A stretch of DNA of 59,150 nt from an uncultured Candidatus Saccharibacteria bacterium. Its GTDB lineage: Bacteria; Patescibacteriota; Minisyncoccia; Phycocordibacterales; UBA9973. Below, in pieces: positions 42,756-50,900 of this stretch. The position numbers were made by a program, and so were the translations under genes. The stretch covers positions 1 to 59,150 of the forward strand of contig CAZLXA010000003.1 of the NCBI GenBank assembly GCA_964563715.1, in the 5' to 3' direction. Under the pieces are notes generated by a model that saw only the letters and a list, made by a program, of their open reading frames with translations, searched no databases and was not told the DNA's origin. How positions within the stretch are numbered: the stretch's first letter is position 1; the number at the start of each line of letters is the position of its first letter.

Positions 42756-44655
42756 ATTTTATCACTTGTCCATTCCCTGGTGTAAAATTTGGGTCATTAT
42801 ATAATGTAGTTGTAATCGAATTATGTTTACTATTTATCGTCGTATTTGTAAATGAATCAACCCCTGTAAGAAAAACATCTTTCATTAATTGTGGGACACT
42901 TCCAACTTGAGAAAGTGATGGTTTGAGAGCTATAACAAAAGAAATTTCTCGGTTTGAACTAATTCCAGTATTGGGTACTACCTGGCCAATATTCCAAACA
43001 ACTTCGCGAGTCACATCGTTATAAGATAGATTATCATTTGTTCCAACTGCTAACCCTACCCATTTAACATATACAGGTAATGCTGAACGAGCAGTTGCCC
43101 CGGTTATACTATTGGCAGAATTTGATAGTGTCCAGGTCACAATGTATTTTGTTTCAGTTTCGGCTTTAGGTGGCATATTACCAGTCAAATACACGGCTGA
43201 TGAGGCAATTTGGAAATCTGAAACAACCTTAACTACTTTTTCTGAAAAATTATTTATATCGTTATATGTCGAACCAAAAAGTGGCTCACGACCCTTGATG
43301 CTAACCTTAATTGAAACTTGGGGATTTTTAATAGTTGATAAACCAATGAGAGAAGTAGGCACAAAACTAAATGAGACTGTCCCATCTTCACCAGGATTAA
43401 TTTCCGATAATTCAGACATAGAATTTCTGTCCCAAATTATTTGATTATTCGCAGAATCATAAAAACCGTTCGTAGCTTTGACGGTATTTTTATCAAAAAC
43501 ATTTCCAGACAAATTAACGATTATTTGTCCATCTGTCACTCGAGTGGTTAAATTATTAGCCCAAGCGATTTCCACATTAACGGTTTTCCCTCCTGAGACT
43601 GCATACTCTTTCTGGTCACGACTATCAACTAAGATTTTTGCTTCTAAAAATGGTTTAGTAATTAATATTTTATGTAAAACCGAACTATAGACAACTCCAA
43701 CTTGTGATTGATTTGTTCCATTTGTTGTTCCGGCATAAGCATGAAATACTTGTTCTTCATTATCCTCCCCAACTAAACGCCCCCGTACTTCAATCATGAT
43801 TGGATTCTCTTCCGTTATCGTCGACAAATCCCAAATTGAATTTCCAACAATAGGAGCTGGTAATGCTTCATCAAAGACGAAATTATTTGGATAAGTCATT
43901 TGTAAAATCGGATTTTCTTCAGGTAATGAGGTATTTAATGTGGTGGTAACTTTAAATACAACAGGCTGATTTGAAGTAGTAGTATTTGGAGCTTCAAGAT
44001 TAATCGAAAGTGGTGCAATACTTATCGTAACTGGATAAAATTTATCTTTCGTAAAAATAGCATTAGACCCTTCAGGGTGATACTCTAAACTAACCTTAAT
44101 GTTACGGATTGACTTCTCTTGACCATAAAGTTTAACTTTAACATTACGCATCACCGTTTCTCCAGATTTAATGGTGCCGATTGGATCTTTTGGCAAGCGA
44201 ACAACTTCCAGGGTATTATCTTCAGCTCCCTTTGGATACTCAACAATTAAATTTGTAAACTCTAAACTAGCCGTATTATTATTTGTTATTTCAATTTGGA
44301 GTGGCAATTCTTCTCCCCCTTTGGTAAAAGCACTACCAATAACTTCTATATTTATTTTCTGACCCGAGACTGAAGTATCATTATAATAAAATTTATAAAA
44401 AGCAAAACCTACTGCGGCCAAGAAAAAAATAACCGAGATAAGAAAAAATTTTTTAAAGACTGAAACTGGTGGTTTTTTAAATTTATGATTCATATCAGTA
44501 TTTTCTTTTAGCTGACTATCTTCTTTCCATTTATCATTAAAATCGTGGTCTACTCTATGTAATATACCTTCTCTTTGATGACTTATATCCTTTTCGTTCG
44601 GGTCATAAAGATTCATTTTAACATCTTCGATTTTATTTTTTTCACCTTCTTTCAT
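42754..44655 (-). CDS. membrane-anchored extracytoplasmic protein, function unknown (beta-rich)
   Basis: 633 aa. Charged N-terminus, then one TM helix FFLISVIFFLAAVGFAFY, then a long beta-strand-like sequence. Confidence 0.65.
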   Translation of the reverse strand: MKEGEKNKIEDVKMNLYDPNEKDISHQREGILHRVDHDFNDKWKEDSQLKENTDMNHKFKKPPVSVFKKFFLISVIFFLAAVGFAFYKFYYNDTSVSGQKINIEVIGSAFTKGGEELPLQIEITNNNTASLEFTNLIVEYPKGAEDNTLEVVRLPKDPIGTIKSGETVMRNVKVKLYGQEKSIRNIKVSLEYHPEGSNAIFTKDKFYPVTISIAPLSINLEAPNTTTSNQPVVFKVTTTLNTSLPEENPILQMTYPNNFVFDEALPAPIVGNSIWDLSTITEENPIMIEVRGRLVGEDNEEQVFHAYAGTTNGTNQSQVGVVYSSVLHKILITKPFLEAKILVDSRDQKEYAVSGGKTVNVEIAWANNLTTRVTDGQIIVNLSGNVFDKNTVKATNGFYDSANNQIIWDRNSMSELSEINPGEDGTVSFSFVPTSLIGLSTIKNPQVSIKVSIKGREPLFGSTYNDINNFSEKVVKVVSDFQIASSAVYLTGNMPPKAETETKYIVTWTLSNSANSITGATARSALPVYVKWVGLAVGTNDNLSYNDVTREVVWNIGQVVPNTGISSNREISFVIALKPSLSQVGSVPQLMKDVFLTGVDSFTNTTINSKHNSITTTLYNDPNFTPGNGQVIK

Positions 44656-44677
44656 TTATATAGTATAACACAAAAAA

Positions 44678-45277
44678 TTATAATTGACTCTCAGTTAGGG
44701 CTTTATTTATATGGGCAACTATAGACTGTCGTTCACTTAAAAGAAGCTCTGTTTTGTCTTCATTAAATGAGGACCCCAAATATTTCGCCAATATATCTGA
44801 ATCGCCAATATATCCAAGACTATTCATTATACGAAGTACTAAGTGTAACTCAAGAGCTTCGCGAGATTTTGATTCTAGGCTTTCAATATCAAGTATATAC
44901 AGAGCCTGAATAAAATCATCAAAAATATCTTCACTTGGACCCTCCCCATTACAAAGTCTTTCAAGTAAACTACTCACTCTAGTCATCAGTAAAAGTGATT
45001 GCGAACTTGCTCGTGCCAACGGAAATGATGTTATATGTTTAGCTGATGTTACTCGCCACATTTCTTTACCACGAACAAGATCGACATTCACATACGAAAA
45101 ATCCTGAAGTGTAAAACGGAGTTTTGATTTATGTAACCGAATCCCCTGCGCCGCTGCTCGAACCAGCCCCATCTCTCTGGTATAAATCGTCAACATCTTA
45201 TTCGCCTCACCTCGATTGCGAGATGAAAGTATAAATCCATGTGTGTGGTGAATGTGGTGCATATTATTAATCTTCAC
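44678..45277 (-). CDS. recO: DNA repair protein RecO (short)
   Basis: 199 aa, with OB-fold region GFILSSRNRGEANKMLTIYTREMGLVRAAAQGIR. Confidence 0.8.
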   Translation of the reverse strand: MKINNMHHIHHTHGFILSSRNRGEANKMLTIYTREMGLVRAAAQGIRLHKSKLRFTLQDFSYVNVDLVRGKEMWRVTSAKHITSFPLARASSQSLLLMTRVSSLLERLCNGEGPSEDIFDDFIQALYILDIESLESKSREALELHLVLRIMNSLGYIGDSDILAKYLGSSFNEDKTELLLSERQSIVAHINKALTESQL

Positions 45278-45833
45278 TAGATAGTCTATTTAATAACTCG
45301 TTAATTAATTTATATTGACTACTTAATTCATTTTTTGAAACCTCAAGACTTAATGCATTCCATTTTTCTTCAACTTTATTATTTAACAACTTTATCAAAT
45401 CCTCAAATGGCATGTCTCTCAAATATCTCATAGCATATGAAAAGCCTTTAATAGAAATAAACCTATAACAATCCGCATTACAACAAATCTCAGATTCTAT
45501 AGAATAGAATTTCGTTACTCCATGATGTTCTAATATACAATTTCTTATGTTTTCCTTATCATTCTCCGAAAGAGTAGATTTATTCAATAACTCATTTACT
45601 TTTTCTAAAGACATCTCAATATGCTCACTAGAACGGTTTTCTTTTAAGGCTTGCCCTATTAAACAATCCATAAGTAGTGTCCCTGCTTCAACAATCTCTA
45701 TACTAGCTCCCAATTATTTAGCTAACTTCTTTGCTGTTTCTACCGCTAAATCAACATGTAATTTAACTGGCATTCCTGTTTTTTTCACCTCACTATATGC
45801 TAATTTTCTTGCTTCAATTAAAAAATTTTTCAT
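45267..45833 (-). pseudogene. HD-domain-like gene interrupted by one in-frame TAA
   Basis: The ATG at 45833 opens MKNFLIEARKLAYSEVKKTGMPVKLHVDLAVETAKKLAK. A TAA at 45716..45714 follows. The same frame then continues as LGASIEIVEAGTLLMDCLIG...ILEHHG to 45267. Confidence 0.55.
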
Positions 45834-45836
45834 AAT

Positions 45837-46421
45837 TTATTCTGTAATTTTCAAAACAATATCTAATAATTCTGGAAGTTGATAACAAATCGGTTCTGCT
45901 AAAATGAAAAAGTGTCCACCTTTTTCAACTTTAACAAGTTCACAATCAAGACTATTTGAAATTATTTCTGCATGAGAAAATGGTACGGCCGGATCATCAG
46001 TACTATGTAGAACAATAAATTTTTGTGTTTTATTTTTTACTTCATTAAAATTTATTGTTGGTACAACAAAAGAATCAATTAGACGGTAATTACTATTTAT
46101 ATTATCGGGTTCTAATGGACTAACTAATCCGGAAACCAAAACAGCACCAGATATTTTTTTATTTTCTTTTATAAATTCAAGATATTTCAATACTGCTGTA
46201 GCTCCAAGACTGTGCCCAACTAGAAATATCTCATCTTCTGGTGAATTATCCAAAGCAAAAGAAATTTCTTCTATCCATTTTGAGACAACTGGTTTTTTTG
46301 ATTCTGGCATAGGTAAAGCACAAGCATAAATTTTCTTTTTTGCTAACTCTTCCATCAACCAAGGAATCCATCCTCCATTAGGTATTCCGCCAAATCCATG
46401 AACAATAAATACTTTTTTCAT
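45837..46421 (-). CDS. alpha/beta-fold serine hydrolase (YdeN/RBBP9-like)
   Basis: 194 aa, with nucleophile elbow VGHSLG and a late HS.DD/GGH. Confidence 0.8.
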   Translation of the reverse strand: MKKVFIVHGFGGIPNGGWIPWLMEELAKKKIYACALPMPESKKPVVSKWIEEISFALDNSPEDEIFLVGHSLGATAVLKYLEFIKENKKISGAVLVSGLVSPLEPDNINSNYRLIDSFVVPTINFNEVKNKTQKFIVLHSTDDPAVPFSHAEIISNSLDCELVKVEKGGHFFILAEPICYQLPELLDIVLKITE

Positions 46422-46447
46422 AATCCTATTTTATCACATTTTTTATA

Positions 46448-49400
46448 CTATTTCTCAATTAGTATCTTAAACACAAATTCATCGATTTTTATTTCTTGAC
46501 CATCGTTTTCTTTAATAAATATATCTTTTGCTCCGATAGATTTCATAAATTCTTTCTCATCGAAAGTATTTATTAATTCTTGGCCATCTACACCTGTCTC
46601 AATAAGTAAATTAATTATATCATTTGGATTCAACCCATTCTTTTTTCTCATATCCTGTATAGCTCGTAGAAGTTCTCGGTATTGACCCTCTTGTTTTAGC
46701 TCAGGTGTGATATCAGGATTCAACTCAATTTTTTCTGAAATAAAATTATCAGTGATGATCATTTTAATATTCAACTCGTCTTTTATAATTTTTGTATATT
46801 CTTTATCTAAATCATAATCTCTAACTTTTATACCAATAAGGGGCTGACGAACGGCAATACCAGCTTTTTGCCTTTCTTTTAATCCGAGTGATACAATCTC
46901 GCGGGCTTGTTTCATTTCATCAATAACTTTCACATCAATATTATCTATTTTGATATCTAAAAAGAAATCGGTCAGATGAACACTGATAGGGTCAGATGGA
47001 AATCTTATTTTATTCCAAATTTCTTCTGCCACAAATGGCATAAATGGGGCAAAAAGCTGAGCAGTTACTTTTATAACAAAATATAATGTATGTTTTGCTT
47101 CTTCATCCCCTTCTTTTAATCGATCACGAGAACGACGTAAATACCATGTGGAAAGATCTTCAATAAATAAATCAAAGGGCTTTGTTGCTTGAGCTAAATC
47201 ATAAGATTCCATTCCGTTTTTAACATCGAGCACAAATTGCGAGATCCGAGCAAGTATCCATCGGTCTAGAATATTTTTGCTTAATACTTGTTGCTCACTA
47301 CTTTCTACTTCCTTGTCTCTATATAATTCATAAAAAGAAACAACATTATCAAATCTATTAATTATTTTACTTGATACTTCTTGAACAAGTTTTTCTGAAA
47401 AATTTACATCTTCACCCTTCATCAAAGTACTTGAAATTAAATAAAAACGAAGAGCATCAACACCATATTTATCAAATAAAACCCATGGATCTGGATAATT
47501 ATTTTTAGATTTAGACATTTTACTTCCATCTTCAGCTAAAACTGTCCCTGTTGTAACTACGTTTTCAAAAGGGGCTTTACCAAAAAGAATTGTCGAAATA
47601 GCATGAGTATAGTAAAACCAAGTTCTGGTTTGAGCTATATATTCAGCAACAAAGCCAGCAGGAAAATTATTCTTTTGCCAATTCAAGTTTTCAAAAGGAA
47701 AATGATCTTGAGCAAAAGGCATCGAGCCTGATTCAAACCAACAGTCTATAACTTCTGGAATTCTCTTGTATTCTTCTTTATTTTCATCTAAAAGAATAAT
47801 TGAATCAATATAGGGCCGGTGCAAATCGAACTTATAATCTCCAGTATGTGGTAATGGGACGAAAGGTAATTCAATAAAATCCCCATTACTAACATAATTG
47901 AAATTTTTCTCGTTTTTTACTATTCCAAGAGATTCTTCTGTACTTAACATATTTACATCTGAAAACATTTGCCAAACAGGACTACCATGAGTAACCACAA
48001 GAATATTTTTATCTTCGTATTTTTTTTCTATATCATATAAAAAACTCATTGACCTGCGTCTAACATCTTCATAGGATTCATTCCCGTCTGGTGCGTAATA
48101 AAAATTCTCAACCGTCTTAGCGAATGCGTCATGATATTCTTTCCATTTTTTCCCTTCATACATTGGGACAGACATTTCATGAAGCCTATCATCAAAAACA
48201 ATTTTTTCTTTCTCATAACCTATTTTTTCAGCAATCAATTCTGCTGTTTCTCGTGTTCTTATAAAAGGAGAAGATATTATGTAATCAATTTTTTTATTTA
48301 TTAATTCTCGTGCAGATTTTTCAACTTGTTCTATCCCCTTCGCAGTTAGGTGATCATCATTGTTTACAGTCGAACTCACTTCACCACGCACATTACACTC
48401 TGTCTCGCCATGGCGCATGACAAAATATTTATTCCCAGATTTTTTAGTTTTTGATTTTAAATCTTCAACCGAATTTACCATCATTACCTTTCCATTTTTA
48501 TTCTTCCAAATTGGAAGAGGGCTGGCCCAATAGCGATTTCTAGAAATAGTCCAATCAGGAGCATTCTCCATTGTATGTTTAAACCGTCCTTCTTTTAAAT
48601 GGCTAGGAATCCAATTCATATCTTCACCTTTTGCAAGTAAATCATTTTTAACTTTCTGAATATTCACAAACCACGAAGGGAGAGCATAGTATAGAAGTGG
48701 TGTCTCACAACGGTAACAATGTGGGTAGGAGTGAATAATTTTTTCTTTAGCAAAAAGACTCCCAGCATGAGCAAGATACTTAATAATTAAAATATCGGTT
48801 GACTGATGATCTTCTTTTGATTTTGCTTTAACGTTTGGAAAATCTACTACCTCTTTAGAAAAATCACCATTAGGCTCCACGTGTCGAATAAAAGGGATAT
48901 TATGCTCTTTAGCTAAATTCATATCATCTTCTCCAAAAGCTGGAGCTTCATGAGCAATCCCTGTTCCTTTATCTAGAGTCACGAATGGAGCATGCCAAAC
49001 TTTCCAAATATTTTCTTTATTAGGCATGTCGATATTTTTATAATAATTAAATACTGGCTCATATGAAAGGCCCACAAGCTCATTTCCAGATACTTCTTTT
49101 AATATTTTTCCATCATTAAATTTATCTTTTAATGTTTCAAATAAATCATTTACAACAATAAGTATTTCTTTCCCGGCATCTGTTTTATTTTCAACAAAAA
49201 GATATTTTAATTCTTTATTAATTGCAATCGCTGTATTACCCGGGAGAGTCCATGGTGTTGTTGTCCACGCAAGCAAATAGGTATCTTTATATTGTTCATT
49301 TATAATTTTAAATTTTACATAAACAGAAATATCGGTAATATCCTTATAAGAATTATCCATGGCAATTTCAGAATTTGCTATTGGGGTTTCGCATCGAGGG

Positions 49401-49942
49401 CAATAAGCAAGAACTCTAACACCTTCATAAAGTAAACCTTTTTTATTCATCTCCCCGAGCGCCCACCAAACACTTTCAATAAAAGTGTTATCCATTGTCA
49501 TATAAGAATTATCAAAATCAACCCAACGTCCCATACGATCAATAGTTTTTTTCCACTCTCCGACATATTTAAGAACCTTGCTTCGAGCATGTTCAGTAAA
49601 TTTATCAATTCCTAATTCTTCAATTGCTTTTTTTCCGGAAATACCCAATTCTTTCTCAACAATATTTTCAATCGGCAAACCATGGCAATCCCAACCCCAA
49701 CGTCGTGGGACATTATATCCACTCATAGTTTTATATCTACCAATTACATCCTTAACAGTACTTCCAAGAATATGCCCATAATGTGGTAATCCTGTCGCAA
49801 AAGGAGGACCATCATAAAAAACATACTCCCCTTTGGGTGAATCCTTTTCTAAACTCTTTTTGAAAATGTCGTTTTCTTTCCAAAATTTTAAAACCTCTTC
49901 TTCTCGAAGTGCACTATTTGTTTTTTGGGTTTTTTCTTCCAT
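46448..49942 (-). CDS. ileS: isoleucyl-tRNA synthetase carrying an inserted histidine-phosphatase (PGAM-like) domain
   Basis: 1164 aa. HIGH-type PHYGHILG. CP1 editing motif TTPWTLPGNTAIA. KMSKS is present. The insert at about aa 505-700 contains FVMRHGETECN, SSPFIRTRETAE and VVTHGSPV. Confidence 0.95.
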   Translation of the reverse strand: MEEKTQKTNSALREEEVLKFWKENDIFKKSLEKDSPKGEYVFYDGPPFATGLPHYGHILGSTVKDVIGRYKTMSGYNVPRRWGWDCHGLPIENIVEKELGISGKKAIEELGIDKFTEHARSKVLKYVGEWKKTIDRMGRWVDFDNSYMTMDNTFIESVWWALGEMNKKGLLYEGVRVLAYCPRCETPIANSEIAMDNSYKDITDISVYVKFKIINEQYKDTYLLAWTTTPWTLPGNTAIAINKELKYLFVENKTDAGKEILIVVNDLFETLKDKFNDGKILKEVSGNELVGLSYEPVFNYYKNIDMPNKENIWKVWHAPFVTLDKGTGIAHEAPAFGEDDMNLAKEHNIPFIRHVEPNGDFSKEVVDFPNVKAKSKEDHQSTDILIIKYLAHAGSLFAKEKIIHSYPHCYRCETPLLYYALPSWFVNIQKVKNDLLAKGEDMNWIPSHLKEGRFKHTMENAPDWTISRNRYWASPLPIWKNKNGKVMMVNSVEDLKSKTKKSGNKYFVMRHGETECNVRGEVSSTVNNDDHLTAKGIEQVEKSARELINKKIDYIISSPFIRTRETAELIAEKIGYEKEKIVFDDRLHEMSVPMYEGKKWKEYHDAFAKTVENFYYAPDGNESYEDVRRRSMSFLYDIEKKYEDKNILVVTHGSPVWQMFSDVNMLSTEESLGIVKNEKNFNYVSNGDFIELPFVPLPHTGDYKFDLHRPYIDSIILLDENKEEYKRIPEVIDCWFESGSMPFAQDHFPFENLNWQKNNFPAGFVAEYIAQTRTWFYYTHAISTILFGKAPFENVVTTGTVLAEDGSKMSKSKNNYPDPWVLFDKYGVDALRFYLISSTLMKGEDVNFSEKLVQEVSSKIINRFDNVVSFYELYRDKEVESSEQQVLSKNILDRWILARISQFVLDVKNGMESYDLAQATKPFDLFIEDLSTWYLRRSRDRLKEGDEEAKHTLYFVIKVTAQLFAPFMPFVAEEIWNKIRFPSDPISVHLTDFFLDIKIDNIDVKVIDEMKQAREIVSLGLKERQKAGIAVRQPLIGIKVRDYDLDKEYTKIIKDELNIKMIITDNFISEKIELNPDITPELKQEGQYRELLRAIQDMRKKNGLNPNDIINLLIETGVDGQELINTFDEKEFMKSIGAKDIFIKENDGQEIKIDEFVFKILIEK

Positions 49943-49959
49943 ATATTAATAAATTAAAT

Positions 49960-50095
49960 TTATAAAGTTAATGCTTGATAATAATTTCTCGAGTGAGCCA
50001 CCGCGGAAGCTGTCGAGCTGAGCAATGAGGAAATTTCTAGTAAGAAATTATCCGTTGGCGAATCCGAGAATATTTTTATAAAGCATTTTGCTTTA
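49960..50095 (-). other. unexplained structured, GC-enriched segment between the T-box terminator and the ileS start
   Basis: On the minus strand the closing helix is UUCUCG/CGAGAA. Internal hairpins are GGAUAAUUUCU-UACU-AGAAAUUUCC and AGCU-CGAC-AGCU. GCCA pairs with UGGC. Confidence 0.35.
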
Positions 50096-50330
50096 TAAAT
50101 AAAAAACTCGTCCCCGTACAACAATTAAAATAATTGCTATACAAGGACGAGTTTCTCTCGTGGTACCACCTTGATTACTTCTCATTTAATAGGGTTCTAC
50201 TCATTTATTTGGTCCGCCAACGGCGAGATAAACTTTCTTCCCAATGCCTGTCCGAAATAAATACCTGTATTTACGTCGGGCTCTAGGGTGATAACCCTTT
50301 CACTGCATATACTTTAAGAATACTATAAAA
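50095..50330 (-). promoter_or_regulatory. T-box riboswitch leader of ileS
   Basis: The minus strand carries AATCAAGGTGGTACCACGAG (50176..50156), matching the T-box consensus AAnnnGGGUGGUACCGCG. It is followed by the terminator ACTCGTCCTT...CGGGGACGAGT-TTTTT. Confidence 0.85.
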
Positions 50331-50373
50331 TCACAAAATTGCAAGAAATATTATTTTGTTGTAATATCTAATC

Positions 50374-50616
50374 GAATTGCACTTTTGTGACGTCCAAAAG
50401 GAAATCGCCTTCGAAGTCAACGCGAAACAGGCTTCATAGGAGGTCGTGAAAATTAGAATAGTGAAGAAGTTATTCTAATTTCATTTAGATTTCAGCAACT
50501 CAATGCTTTGGATTGATCGTCAGCGAAAGCAAGTCCTAATAGGGCGAAAAGATGGCGTTCATAAAACCAAAGCAGAAAGCCCTCTACAAAATCTTCGGAT
50601 GCGTGAGGGCTTTTTA
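50374..50616 (+). ncRNA. promoter- and terminator-delimited ~240-nt non-coding RNA candidate, class unknown (6S-like size for the paired core)
   Basis: Promoter TTGCAA (50339-50344)-17 nt-TAATAT (50362-50367). Terminator AGCCCUC...GAGGGCU-UUUUU (50578-50615) with an inner UUCG hairpin. A perfect 10-bp hairpin AATTAGAATA/TATTCTAATT sits at 50451-50482. UUUUGUGACGUCC (50384-96) pairs at long range with GGCGUUCAUAAAA (50554-66). Confidence 0.45.
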
Positions 50617-50643
50617 TTATGTTTCCTTACTAATTTCTACTTG

Positions 50644-50895
50644 CTACTTATTTTTAATCCAAGATTTTTTTATTATAGGGATTGATTGAGTAGATAAAAT
50701 AAATCCAAGTACTGGAATTATGGAACTTAAATATGGTTTATTGGCCCCAATACTATATAAAGCAAAAAATGCCGCCACATAAGTAATCACACTAATAGAC
50801 AAAATTCTAACAAAACTCGTCTCCCATGCCTTATCGAGTTCTACTCTTTTATTTCTTTCTTCAATTTTATTTAATCTTTCTTCTATTATTTCCAT
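50644..50895 (-). CDS. small two-TM membrane protein
   Basis: 83 aa. A charged N-terminal helix is followed by two hydrophobic segments. The gene is 5 nt downstream of argS. Confidence 0.6.
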   Translation of the reverse strand: MEIIEERLNKIEERNKRVELDKAWETSFVRILSISVITYVAAFFALYSIGANKPYLSSIIPVLGFILSTQSIPIIKKSWIKNK

Positions 50896-50900
50896 AAATC

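Noticed and set aside
45547-45882. 111-aa plus-strand ORF.
   Set aside because: It is antisense to the HD-domain-like gene and to the end of the hydrolase gene. It is a shadow ORF.
50503-50685. 60-aa plus-strand ORF inside the ncRNA candidate.
   Set aside because: It starts mid-way through a structured region, reads straight through a strong intrinsic terminator, and overlaps the convergent membrane-protein gene.
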